Positions 28,091 to 37,759 of a DNA stretch of 62,296 nucleotides are shown here, one piece after another. The notes beneath the pieces are model-generated. The model searched no databases and was not told where the DNA came from. It saw only the letters and a program-made list of their open reading frames with translations. The stretch lies in UHGV virus genome UHGV-1379142; one strand, written 5' to 3'. Every line of letters begins with the position of its first letter. Position 1 is the first letter of the stretch. This stretch comes from a virus. Position numbers and translations under genes: made by a program.

Positions 28091-30081
28091 TACTTAGCAT
28101 CTCCTTCGATTAGTTCACCCATACTAGAAGCAAGCGTTATCGAATGAATATAAGCATTCGACTTAATCTCAACCTCGATAGTCTCACCTCTGAAACCAGA
28201 AGGAAGTCTAAAAGGTTTAGAGTCCGTTACTTCTCTAGAATACTTAAGCTCACCATCTACATAGTAGTTAAAGATAGTAGCGTCCGCTAGTTCGAGCTCA
28301 TTAGTTTTACACCAACCATTTATTGGCTGTCCATTCATAACACGGGCCGCGAGACTAGAACCAGTTAGCTTACCTTCCCAAACATGATCATCTTCTTTCT
28401 GTTGAGATTGGGAAGTCATCATAACACGGGCCGCGAGACTAGAACCAGTTAGCTTACCTTCCCAAACATGATCATCTTCTTTCTGTTGAGATTGGGAAGT
28501 CATCATAACACGGGCCGCGCTCAAAGTAAACAAACCTTGAGGACTAACGTTGATCTTAGATCTCCAACGAAAAGATTTGTTTACACGTGACTCTGAAGCA
28601 AACGAACAAAGACTGTACTGCGTACCGTTGTCTAGAGGATAGCATACATACAACTGTGACTGTTCTATATCATTATACACAACTTTAGCAGGTTGTGTTG
28701 TATAGACAAGACCAGAAGATACAATGCTATTGTATACCGTACTGTATGTATAACTATCTAAGTCAAAGATTATACCAGCAGCGGTGTCTGTAGGATTAGC
28801 AAAGAAACCATAGTAGGTGTTATTAAGAAAAGCACCTTTCAATGAATCAGGATTCAACGGAAGCCACTCGTCTTGCGTAATCAACTTCTCTGTAATAAAA
28901 GTAGGACTAGTACTGTTGATAAGTACCAAGCCATTCTGACTAGCAAAAATAACACCATTACGAGTATTTACTATAGAGTCTGCAGACACACACGGACAGT
29001 TCTCTTGAATAGCTTTTGTTGTAGGACTAGAAGGATTTTGTACTACAATAAGTACAGGAGCAGCTTCTGTACACACAACAATAGTATTACCAAAAGAACC
29101 AAGACCAACGATTGGATAGTCGATTGTCACGGTGTATTCGTACGGCCAAGCGTGCGGAGAGTTCCAGTCAGAAACATAAATAGTAGAATCTTTGTAAGCA
29201 GCAAACAAACCGTTCTGCAAAGATACTAAACCTTTGAGACCTTCTACTGGAGCATCCCAATACATAGAAGGACAGTACTCACCTAAGTCTGCGCTAGTCT
29301 TAGAATCAACATACTCGTAGTGATCTGTCTGCCATGTAGCTGCTGTGTTATTTGTAGTTCTGTTTGAGTTAACATCAAACTCGTCAACAAAACTATACAA
29401 AGCCTGACCAGCAGAAGTTACTTCTGATCTGTACACATACACCTTATTGATGCCAATTGCTGCACCATCTACTTCATCAGTAAGAGGATCAGCGATCTGT
29501 AACTTTACAGTTTGTCCCGGTCTAACATCAACAGTTAGATTCTTACCTTCGTTTGCAGTCAAAGGTTGACTAGCCTTACCTACGTCGATAGTACCATCAA
29601 TCCATTTTCTTACATAACAGTAGACATAAGATCGTGCTTCAATATCACCTTCACCAGTACCGTCAACACTCATGATAGAAGATTGCTTTGGTTCAGGTAT
29701 ACCAGCCTTATAGTAGTTACCTTCTGTTTCGTCAAGACCATTATTATAATCTTGATCTTTCAGCAAAGAACTATCTGTAACAAAGAATCCATTCTCATTC
29801 ATGAAGTAGATACGATTGTTCTCGTCATCATAAATAGGACTCTTTGCAACACGTGTGTTGTACGGCCACATTAGCCAGTGATAGTTTTTATTCTTCCATT
29901 TATACCGATAGATAGTCTCTACAGTAGTAGGTATATACTGCAAGATCTCATCGGCATAGTGTGGGCGAAGCTCTCCACTCCGCAGCTTAACGTCGAGAGC
30001 TTCCTGTGCAAGAGTAGCGGGCAAAAGCCGTGGAGCCAAACGAGGAGCAATCCCGCTAAACTGTTGGAATGTTAGTTTCAT
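28090..30081 (-). CDS. tail/baseplate structural protein (663 aa) containing an exact 28-aa tandem duplication
   Basis: Large ORF in tail module; duplicated SLAARVMMTSQSQQKEDDHVWEGKLTGS. Confidence 0.45.
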   Translation of the reverse strand: MKLTFQQFSGIAPRLAPRLLPATLAQEALDVKLRSGELRPHYADEILQYIPTTVETIYRYKWKNKNYHWLMWPYNTRVAKSPIYDDENNRIYFMNENGFFVTDSSLLKDQDYNNGLDETEGNYYKAGIPEPKQSSIMSVDGTGEGDIEARSYVYCYVRKWIDGTIDVGKASQPLTANEGKNLTVDVRPGQTVKLQIADPLTDEVDGAAIGINKVYVYRSEVTSAGQALYSFVDEFDVNSNRTTNNTAATWQTDHYEYVDSKTSADLGEYCPSMYWDAPVEGLKGLVSLQNGLFAAYKDSTIYVSDWNSPHAWPYEYTVTIDYPIVGLGSFGNTIVVCTEAAPVLIVVQNPSSPTTKAIQENCPCVSADSIVNTRNGVIFASQNGLVLINSTSPTFITEKLITQDEWLPLNPDSLKGAFLNNTYYGFFANPTDTAAGIIFDLDSYTYSTVYNSIVSSGLVYTTQPAKVVYNDIEQSQLYVCYPLDNGTQYSLCSFASESRVNKSFRWRSKINVSPQGLFTLSAARVMMTSQSQQKEDDHVWEGKLTGSSLAARVMMTSQSQQKEDDHVWEGKLTGSSLAARVMNGQPINGWCKTNELELADATIFNYYVDGELKYSREVTDSKPFRLPSGFRGETIEVEIKSNAYIHSITLASSMGELIEGDAK
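28336..28519. repeat. Perfect 84-bp tandem duplication (2 copies + 16-bp partial third), in frame within the 663-aa gene
   Basis: 28336-28419 identical to 28420-28503; 28504-28519 repeats the first 16 nt. Confidence 0.85.
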
Positions 30082-30099
30082 AATGTCCTCTACATAGCG

Positions 30100-30801
30100 T
30101 TATTGACCAGCAAGTTCTGCACTAAGCGGACGCAACTCTGGAGGGGACTGTCTCCCTTCCTTCTCACTTTCGTAACTGCTCTTGCAGTGTTCCTTCTGCC
30201 AGAAGAACAGCCCGTCTACGAACTTGCAGGGCCATGTTCTTACTCCATCCCGCGCCCAACGATAACAGCGCGAGGACAGGGTTTCGTCCGGCCAGCCGCC
30301 GAGAAGCGTATTGAGAAGCTGATCGTGAGCGTGCCGCGCCGTGCGCCTTCTCCACTCTTGAAATCGTCGAAATCGAAGTTCATAGCTTGCCAGAGGGGCA
30401 GGGACAGATCTCCGATCCATACCATCGCCTTTCCTCGAAAAATCAGCTCGTGCCTGCAAGCGATAGGTTCCGTCCGGCAGATCGTGCGACTCTTCGATCC
30501 GCTGGAGATAGGTCGTGTACTCCTTCCATGTACCATCGGGCTGCAATGCATCGAGGCCGATAGTTCCTTTCCAGCGACCGAAAATGGACACTGTGATCTT
30601 GTTCGTCGTTATGTACTGGACGGAATCGCCGGGGAAAGTGAACTGGCTATGCCCGCTGCCGGCAAGTGGCCACACCCACGATTGCGGATCACGGGCAAAA
30701 CGCAGCGTGACGCCGGACGGCAATGCGGCCTCAAGAAGCAGGATGTAGGGCGATTCTGAATGTCGACGGTTGCGCTCGATAAGTTGGGAAAGTTTCGTCA
30801 T
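30100..30801 (-). CDS. hypothetical protein in high-GC tail-fibre island (233 aa from internal ATG with GGAG RBS; ORF track extends to 31044, overlapping the upstream gene)
   Basis: ggagtgaagcg-ATG at 30801 lies 30 nt after the upstream stop; the 5' extension would overlap the Tfa-like gene by 212 nt. Confidence 0.4.
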   Translation of the reverse strand: MTKLSQLIERNRRHSESPYILLLEAALPSGVTLRFARDPQSWVWPLAGSGHSQFTFPGDSVQYITTNKITVSIFGRWKGTIGLDALQPDGTWKEYTTYLQRIEESHDLPDGTYRLQARADFSRKGDGMDRRSVPAPLASYELRFRRFQEWRRRTARHAHDQLLNTLLGGWPDETLSSRCYRWARDGVRTWPCKFVDGLFFWQKEHCKSSYESEKEGRQSPPELRPLSAELAGQ

Positions 30802-30832
30802 CGCTTCACTCCGGCAAAGGTATTCGTGACGC

Positions 30833-31660
30833 TCACGCCTGCACTTCTTCCCACTGCCAGAGCCCGCTTGTATCCGGAGTCCAGACACAGGCAGGCATGT
30901 CGGCTTTTGCCAGATACAGCTTCCCGCCGTAGCTGTAGTAAAGCCCGGTTTTGACATCCATCCCGTAGATGAAGGGGACGGGATCTTCGGCGGTTCCGGC
31001 GGGGTCTTCGCCTTCTGTGTTTGACAACGGCCTATAGACTGCAAGCATGCCTTTCGCGTCAGGGGCCTGATGCTCCTGAGCCGTCACATCCTGCACTACC
31101 TCGTAGACCACACCCTTGCGCGTCAGCCGATAGCCGGCCACGTAGGTTTCGCCAGCTTTCCATTCATCGAAAAGCCCCGCCTTGGCGAAGGTCGCAAACT
31201 CCAGAGCAGAGAAAGCCATAGTCTGCACGGCGTTCCGGTATAAGCTGGCCGTGATGATGGTGGCTGTTTTTGCCTGTGCAGCGGCAAGTTCAGCGGCGGC
31301 TACTTCCTCCGGGGTCTTTTCCGTCTGTACCGTAACCGCCCCCTCCGGGAGCGGCCCAAGCTCTTCGACGTATCGGGCGGGAGACTGCCACGTATCGCCC
31401 TCGGCAGGCAGCCAGTATGGTGTTCCGCCATACTTCCTGCCTTGTTCGTCCATCTTTTGTCGATGATCTTCCACTAACTCCCACGCCTCCCCCATCCATC
31501 GGGCGGCGTAGCCTGCCGGGGCATCAGGAGGGGCGACAGGCGTGGCAAACGTGGCTTGCAAGATATAGCCACGCTCACGGGGACGTGCGGCTGCGTCTCG
31601 CTGGCCGAGCAGTTCTTTTGTCTTTGGATCATACAAATACAATTTGGGAATTGTGTTCAT
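30833..31660 (-). CDS. Tail fibre assembly chaperone, lambda Tfa/Mu U-like
   Basis: APPDAPAGYAARWMGEAWELVEDHR ... VEELGPLPEGAVT parallels lambda Tfa APPDIPAGFVAVF ... WHLVEDHR ... ISELGPLPENFT. AGGTGA RBS before ATG 31660. Confidence 0.6.
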   Translation of the reverse strand: MNTIPKLYLYDPKTKELLGQRDAAARPRERGYILQATFATPVAPPDAPAGYAARWMGEAWELVEDHRQKMDEQGRKYGGTPYWLPAEGDTWQSPARYVEELGPLPEGAVTVQTEKTPEEVAAAELAAAQAKTATIITASLYRNAVQTMAFSALEFATFAKAGLFDEWKAGETYVAGYRLTRKGVVYEVVQDVTAQEHQAPDAKGMLAVYRPLSNTEGEDPAGTAEDPVPFIYGMDVKTGLYYSYGGKLYLAKADMPACVWTPDTSGLWQWEEVQA

Positions 31661-31686
31661 AGCATCACCTGTCATTATATAAAAAA

Positions 31687-33681
31687 CTATTTGATTACAC
31701 CAAGATAAATGGCATAAGGCTGTGCGATATTCATCGGCCTCGTTTCGCTTCCTCCCGTCGATGTAGTGGCCCATCCATCTCCAGAATAAAAGAAAGCCGT
31801 ATCTATTGGATCAGTATGAAAACCGTTTGTATCTCCTATATAACCGTATCTGTGGACATGCGCTCTAAGTTCGTCACGCTGAAACGAGCCCGCTTCCCGT
31901 CCCGCGTCCACGCTTTGTCCGGGCACCCAGGCGCGGGAAAACTGCCCGCCCCAATTAGGTACAAATAAACCAGTAGGCGTAGCTGCGTTTGGCCTCCATT
32001 TTCCAAGCTTAGCTGCGATGGTTTCTTCATCCGCATCCCATGCCAGCAACATGCCATCAAATCCACCGGCTTCGTACTTTTCTTTAACTTCCGGGTAGTC
32101 TTCAAAGAGAATTAAACTTCCATCCGCCCAAACAAAACCTTCGGGAAGTGTCGTGGACGGAAACGGGAATGACATGCCGATCATAGACTTACGGAAATTA
32201 TTCAATACCTCCAATGAGGGCGTAACGGGTCTATACGTTCCATCTCCATGCAAAACGAAATTTTCTTCTCCAGCTGCGGCAGGTGGAACTAACCCGGACG
32301 TTCCGGCGGCCGATGCCGTTGCGCCTTCATATTCGGGCACGGAGATGATGCCGTTATTCACAGTGATGCCGTCGCCGGTATTGGAAGACATCAAGATCTC
32401 TGACCAGGGAGACCAATCTTTGCTCGCTATGCGATACTGCCTGATGAAGGTCCTTTCTCTTGCCAATGAATAGCTATATGCTATCTGATAAAAATTCTTG
32501 TTGAGCGTGTCTTTTTTACTACGAAAAACTTGCAGGAAGAATGCATTTCCAGCGAACGGGGCGTTCACACTGCCATTCGCATTTATTAAGTAAAACCCGG
32601 CTTCGACAACCGTATTGTAGTCTACGTTATTCCCAAGTTCTCGGGCATGCCCGATCTGTCCCCGCATACTCGCCAGATCGTTCACATCCCCGCCAACCGC
32701 CACATCTGCCGGATACGTCCACTCTCCGTTGGCTCCCAGAGACTTCCCAAGATCTGCTTTCAACGGAAGCGGGACGAGGCCAGACACGCCATTGGCCGAA
32801 GCTGTAGCTCCTTCCATCTCTGGGACTGAGATAATGCCGTTGGTGATGCGAATACCGTCGCCGATATCGCCTGTACGTAGTTCTTGCTCCCATGCGTACC
32901 ATGCGACTGCATTCGTGTCTTGGTTTCTGCTCCAAGTCTTTCTATCGCTACCAAATACAGTAAACCGCTGGTTCAGCCGTTGGTGCGATGATACTGTTGA
33001 CGCTGACTTTATCCTTGTAATTTCTAGGATACCATCATTCGTACCGCTACCTGTAAAAAGACGAATATCTGGACGATTCAGTGTGTCCCTACTGACAACA
33101 ATGTGATATGTTCCGGGCAATGTCAGTAGATTGAAGTCATCGACAGGATTACTTCCTCTCCCCGGATAGTAGGGGAGATAAGTGTCGTAGAAGAACCCTC
33201 TCGCACTCGCCAGATCCGACGCGTCCCCGCCTATCGCCAGGTCTTTCGCGGTGATCACGCCGCCCGCGTCGGCCTGCGTGGTCTGCCCATCTACGCCAGC
33301 AAAGCCAACGTTCGTAGTAGAAGCAACACCAGTTGCATCTACGTAGTCTTTAGCAAGTTGTACCGCTGTAGGCACAAAAGAGTTAAGAGCATCGGCAGTG
33401 ATACGCATCTCTACGCGAGTACCCGCAGGCCACGCTTGTGCAGTAGTACCTTCCTGCGCACGCCTAATCTTAAAGCCTTGTCTACCTTCTGAATTATATA
33501 CTTCAAAAGCTTCTACAATCTCTAAGGTATCATCACCAACAAGAGTAAGCTTAAACACATCACCTGAGTCAGATGCAATAACAGGAAACACAGAAGCATC
33601 TGCTACATACAGTACTTCTTGTACATCTGTCATTTTATAGGTAAGCGTAGAAGCAGCATTGTTTTTAAACAAGATAGCCAT
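31687..33681 (-). CDS. Tail fibre protein (Stf-like) with internal ~160-aa duplicated repeat (GIISVPExEGATASAxGxSGLVP)
   Basis: Conserved N-terminal MAILFKNNAASTL shared with the 259-aa paralogue; Gly-rich fibre repeats; followed by Tfa chaperone; high GC. Confidence 0.55.
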   Translation of the reverse strand: MAILFKNNAASTLTYKMTDVQEVLYVADASVFPVIASDSGDVFKLTLVGDDTLEIVEAFEVYNSEGRQGFKIRRAQEGTTAQAWPAGTRVEMRITADALNSFVPTAVQLAKDYVDATGVASTTNVGFAGVDGQTTQADAGGVITAKDLAIGGDASDLASARGFFYDTYLPYYPGRGSNPVDDFNLLTLPGTYHIVVSRDTLNRPDIRLFTGSGTNDGILEITRIKSASTVSSHQRLNQRFTVFGSDRKTWSRNQDTNAVAWYAWEQELRTGDIGDGIRITNGIISVPEMEGATASANGVSGLVPLPLKADLGKSLGANGEWTYPADVAVGGDVNDLASMRGQIGHARELGNNVDYNTVVEAGFYLINANGSVNAPFAGNAFFLQVFRSKKDTLNKNFYQIAYSYSLARERTFIRQYRIASKDWSPWSEILMSSNTGDGITVNNGIISVPEYEGATASAAGTSGLVPPAAAGEENFVLHGDGTYRPVTPSLEVLNNFRKSMIGMSFPFPSTTLPEGFVWADGSLILFEDYPEVKEKYEAGGFDGMLLAWDADEETIAAKLGKWRPNAATPTGLFVPNWGGQFSRAWVPGQSVDAGREAGSFQRDELRAHVHRYGYIGDTNGFHTDPIDTAFFYSGDGWATTSTGGSETRPMNIAQPYAIYLGVIK

Positions 33682-33690
33682 GTGTTACTC

Positions 33691-34470
33691 CTACAGCTTC
33701 ATGATATATGCCAAAGCATAGTAAGGGGGACGATTATCAAAAGACACAACCTGAGCAGTGTGCGCATGACTGTTGTCTGTTACACCGTGCGTATGAGCCT
33801 GATTTCCACCAGTAGCACTTGTGGTAAAATCTTTGTCATACATATCCGTCGTAACACCATTTTTTGATCCGGAATCAAAAATATGAACAGCGCCCCTGAG
33901 CGTATGCGTATGCGAGGGTATTTCATTAATCGTAAGCGCGTGGCCTTGGATCTGAATACCTGTAGCAGCAGGATTCACAGTAACAGCAGGAGACATGCTC
34001 TGTGAACCACCTGTATTACCCGGACTGTACGAAGAACCAGCACCAACGATAAACATATTTCTCAGGTCAGGCGTATCGTCAGACCCATCACACAGATGCC
34101 AACCAGACGGTACGTTGTCCGCAGCACCAGCCCACATAGTAATGATGCCTCGCGGAAGAGCGATGGTAATAGCATCAAGAATAGACTGTGCTGTAAGACG
34201 AAGTTCTACTGGACTTCCAGAAGGAAAAGCTTTGGCAGCAGTACCTTCCTGAGCACGAGTCACAGTAAAGGTATCAGCAGTACGAGAAGTCACTTTCATA
34301 ATTTCAAGCGTACCAGTCGTTTGGTCAACAACCGTCACCATGAAATAGTTACCACTTCCCGCCGTTGGAAACAAAGCACCTCCTCCCGGAGAAACAACGA
34401 TCTGCGCATCAGACACAGTTACTGAACTAAAAAGTGTCGTTGCCGCATTGTTTGCAAATTGAATTGCCAT
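33691..34470 (-). CDS. Second tail fibre/spike protein sharing the N-terminal anchor domain with the 664-aa fibre
   Basis: N-terminal MAIQFANNAATTL ... FP similar to the 31687..33681 product. Confidence 0.45.
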   Translation of the reverse strand: MAIQFANNAATTLFSSVTVSDAQIVVSPGGGALFPTAGSGNYFMVTVVDQTTGTLEIMKVTSRTADTFTVTRAQEGTAAKAFPSGSPVELRLTAQSILDAITIALPRGIITMWAGAADNVPSGWHLCDGSDDTPDLRNMFIVGAGSSYSPGNTGGSQSMSPAVTVNPAATGIQIQGHALTINEIPSHTHTLRGAVHIFDSGSKNGVTTDMYDKDFTTSATGGNQAHTHGVTDNSHAHTAQVVSFDNRPPYYALAYIMKL

Positions 34471-35185
34471 TTATGTCACATCCTTCTGGAGGAAAAGTAA
34501 GATTAGGCCCATACACAGGACAATCACAATTACAGTCATAAAGCTTGATAGCGTCACCAACTTTAATTATAACGTCCACAACAGGCCATTCATGACCAGC
34601 TTCGATTACTGTAGCATTCTCAGAAATAACATTACCCCAAGGTTGGGTTTCTGCCACAGCTTCAATTTCTACAGCACCAAGCTGTCCAATCACCACAGGA
34701 ACAACCATGTCCGTACCAGCTTCACAGAACCAAGCACGCTGCAAGATCTCAGCTTCAGTGTCATCAAAATGAGTAATAGACTCAATTGATGTGACACCTA
34801 CCTTACCTACAGTTTGTAGTGTGTCCATGTCGGTCTCAGCTTCAATAAGAACTCCACGAACAATAACGTCAAAAGGAAGTTCTTCCATCCTAACCTGAAC
34901 AACAATGTTAGTTCCTACATCAGTAATAGGAATAACCTTTTCGATGTCTCGGTTAATCATGTAAGCATCAGCCCACATAGGAACTTCGTGAAACTGAATA
35001 CGAACAATTGAGCTATCTAGAAATTCTGCAACTGCGTTAACAGTTACATCAGTTGTCGTTATGACATTACCTTGTGTAAGCAGATCGACAATGGCATCTG
35101 CTGTGAGAGCACCAAGCTGAAGGGTGCCTGCATTTATCAAGGTAGTGTTGACAAGCATCCCATTTATAGGGTTCATTAATGTCAT
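34427..35185 (-). CDS. hypothetical tail protein
   Basis: ORF track. Confidence 0.4.
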   Translation of the reverse strand: MTLMNPINGMLVNTTLINAGTLQLGALTADAIVDLLTQGNVITTTDVTVNAVAEFLDSSIVRIQFHEVPMWADAYMINRDIEKVIPITDVGTNIVVQVRMEELPFDVIVRGVLIEAETDMDTLQTVGKVGVTSIESITHFDDTEAEILQRAWFCEAGTDMVVPVVIGQLGAVEIEAVAETQPWGNVISENATVIEAGHEWPVVDVIIKVGDAIKLYDCNCDCPVYGPNLTFPPEGCDINGNSICKQCGNDTF

Positions 35186-35210
35186 TGTCTACCTACCTAA
35201 GCATAAAGTA

Positions 35211-35648
35211 TTACACAGTGGTACTGTCAGTGATACGGATGCTAGAGGTCTCAGCACGAATAATAAACTGGTCGCCAGCATCAACATCACGAGGACGTTC
35301 GTCCAGAGTCTGAGGATTACGAATAGCACCCCAAGCCAAGACATTGCCACCCGTCGCAGCATCCATAATAGCTACATGCGTAACACGTCCCCAGTTAGAG
35401 ATAGCCACAGGGAACTCGATAGCAGAAGCATTCTTGACGACACTGCTAGCAGCCGTAGTGAAGTCCGTGTTCTCAGCCTTCACACGTTTATAGCCTTCGC
35501 CATCAACTTCTTCTTTAACAGGGCTATTATCAGTCAAGCCAGTCGGAGACGTGAACAAAGCCCAGTACTTAGCCGGAGTGTTATAAACGGTACCGTTAAA
35601 CACGTGGGCAAGAATCTTGTCATCAAGATAAGTACTAAAACCAGACAT
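35211..35648 (-). CDS. hypothetical virion protein (start at internal ATG with AAGGAA RBS)
   Basis: aaaggaaataac-ATG at 35648. Confidence 0.4.
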   Translation of the reverse strand: MSGFSTYLDDKILAHVFNGTVYNTPAKYWALFTSPTGLTDNSPVKEEVDGEGYKRVKAENTDFTTAASSVVKNASAIEFPVAISNWGRVTHVAIMDAATGGNVLAWGAIRNPQTLDERPRDVDAGDQFIIRAETSSIRITDSTTV

Positions 35649-35658
35649 GTTATTTCCT

Positions 35659-36348
35659 TTAGAAAATTTTATGTTTAAGAGGGAGCATCGTCTTTGACTG
35701 AGCAACCCACGACTTGTAAGCCTTTGACTTAGCACGAGAAATGCCAGCACGGAACTTACGAATGTAGTAGTTCACAAGATTCGCTTTAGCCCAGACACGA
35801 CTGGACAAACTATGCAAGTACGCTAACGCACCAGCAGCAATTGTTTCAGCCCAGTCTGTATACAAGAACTTAGGAATCTCATCAGCTTCACGTGTAGGCT
35901 TAACTGCAGCAAGCATATGCAAAGCTTCAGGGATGTCTTCCATAGGAACACCAACAAGATGCATCGTGTTGGGATCTTCCATATAGAAGTACTTAGGATA
36001 CTTATCCTTTCTCAAACGCCAGTCAGGAGAGTATGAATCCAAGTCCTGCCTATTCGTCTTTTCTACTTGGAACTGTCTCAGCTGTCCCTCAACAGTATCA
36101 CGAATAGTAACAGTTACAGGCATAACAATTGTAGCATCTTTATCTACGATGTTAATACCATACTTAGGTTCATCCTTTACCAAGTCACCACAATAAATTT
36201 CTTGTTGCCAAATGAGAGACTTTTCACAAAACTCTATACAAGCATTCCGTATAGCTTCTTTAACCATAGCTACAGGGCAACCATGAACGTCAGGACGGAC
36301 ATACTTATAAAAGTCTTCCCACACAGCATTATTAAGATGATCAATCAT
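35659..36348 (-). CDS. hypothetical head-tail connector/neck protein
   Basis: Position between MCP and tail genes. Confidence 0.35.
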   Translation of the reverse strand: MIDHLNNAVWEDFYKYVRPDVHGCPVAMVKEAIRNACIEFCEKSLIWQQEIYCGDLVKDEPKYGINIVDKDATIVMPVTVTIRDTVEGQLRQFQVEKTNRQDLDSYSPDWRLRKDKYPKYFYMEDPNTMHLVGVPMEDIPEALHMLAAVKPTREADEIPKFLYTDWAETIAAGALAYLHSLSSRVWAKANLVNYYIRKFRAGISRAKSKAYKSWVAQSKTMLPLKHKIF

Positions 36349-37051
36349 TTGTAGGCTGTGCCTCCCCTATGTTCGTAGGCAACTCATCAATCTTAGGCAT
36401 AGCAATCACAGAAGCGTTATACTCTTGTCCAAGAGCTTGATAAAAAGATTGCATATATTGCTGTGCAATCTGTCTATCGTTAGATGACGTACTGTCTGTG
36501 CTATAAGCAAGGTACAGCATATAATCAACAAGAGGGCCACGGTAGTTACCGACAAGCTCAAGATCTTGCTGCATAGCTACATCTTCTTGCATGTCTGCAA
36601 ACGATACGTACGGAGCAGAGTAAGCCATCTCGATGTAAACATCTTTGTCTTTAGCAACAGGAGGATTTACAAGGAACTGTCTCGGAGTCTTACGATCATA
36701 AATAAATTCGTAAACAACGTCAGATGCTTCTGCACGCCTCCAATCAGAGAAGTAATCAAGATCTCTACGTTCTACTTGAAAGATAGGTTCACCATAAGTA
36801 AACGTACCATCTTCCTCTTTGGTTGCATTACAATAGATGTCTATCAAAGAATAGGCTTCATCAGGAAGAGTCTGACGAATGCCGGGCTGCAACTTAACAA
36901 CCTCAGTCTTTACCCACACATCAGGACGCATCGTAATCAGCGTATTGATAGCATCATCAAGAAACTCAAGGTACTGGTGCTTTGAGAGTCGAACATAGTC
37001 CATATCATTGTACAAAAGAGTTACCCTATCTATGATATTAGAGACTTTCAT
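36341..37051 (-). CDS. hypothetical head-tail connector/neck protein
   Basis: GAGGG RBS before ATG 37051. Confidence 0.35.
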   Translation of the reverse strand: MKVSNIIDRVTLLYNDMDYVRLSKHQYLEFLDDAINTLITMRPDVWVKTEVVKLQPGIRQTLPDEAYSLIDIYCNATKEEDGTFTYGEPIFQVERRDLDYFSDWRRAEASDVVYEFIYDRKTPRQFLVNPPVAKDKDVYIEMAYSAPYVSFADMQEDVAMQQDLELVGNYRGPLVDYMLYLAYSTDSTSSNDRQIAQQYMQSFYQALGQEYNASVIAMPKIDELPTNIGEAQPTND

Positions 37052-37080
37052 TATTACCCTCAAGTAAGCAGAATGTTAGA

Positions 37081-37656
37081 CTAACTATTCTTACGCGGAC
37101 GACCAGGACGACGCTTAACAATTTCAGGAATCTGAATACTGTTCAGAGAATCTTCAGTCATCTTAGTAACCTGTTCAGGCGTAGGAACAACTTCTTCCGT
37201 ACCGTCAGGCTGTTCTTCAACATAACCAAGGAACGTATACGGATACGTAGGAATCTTTACCTCAACAGTAGACTGACGTCCAAACTCGTCAGACTTAGAC
37301 TGATACGAAGTCGTATAGGCACGGTCAATACATTCACGCAGCATGTATTCAGGAACCACAACTTCCTTTCCATAAGGAGCCTGGAAGTTCTTGTTGTTCA
37401 CAGAAGCAAACACATAAGGACCAGCAGAAGGATTAGAAGACGTATGGAAGATAACCCGACACTTACGAGTCGTCGGATCCACACCAGCGTGTTCCTGCCT
37501 CCAATCCATAAGCAACGACACAGCGTGCTTACGGATAAGCTTGTTATCCTCAGTCAGAGGAATATGCAGGCCACGTTCAAAGAGCATGTCACGGATCTGC
37601 AGGTCAGAGGCCGTGTTGAGATCCATATCAGTAAAAGAAGTATTCTTGTTAGCCAT
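37081..37656 (-). CDS. hypothetical virion protein with basic AT-hook-like C-terminus (KRRPGRPRKNS)
   Basis: ORF track; immediately downstream of MCP. Confidence 0.4.
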   Translation of the reverse strand: MANKNTSFTDMDLNTASDLQIRDMLFERGLHIPLTEDNKLIRKHAVSLLMDWRQEHAGVDPTTRKCRVIFHTSSNPSAGPYVFASVNNKNFQAPYGKEVVVPEYMLRECIDRAYTTSYQSKSDEFGRQSTVEVKIPTYPYTFLGYVEEQPDGTEEVVPTPEQVTKMTEDSLNSIQIPEIVKRRPGRPRKNS

Positions 37657-37759
37657 AAAAATTATACCTTATGTTAAAGTGTAGAGCTAGATGAAGCAGA
37701 GCTAGATACGAAAAAGGGGAGAACCCTTTGATAGTTGTTCTCCCCGTATGGGTCATGGC

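Noticed and set aside
30801-31044. N-terminal 81-codon extension of the 30100 gene as annotated in the ORF track
   Set aside because: It would overlap the Tfa-like gene by 212 nt in another frame. An internal ATG with GGAG RBS 30 nt after the upstream stop is more plausible; a frameshift remains possible.
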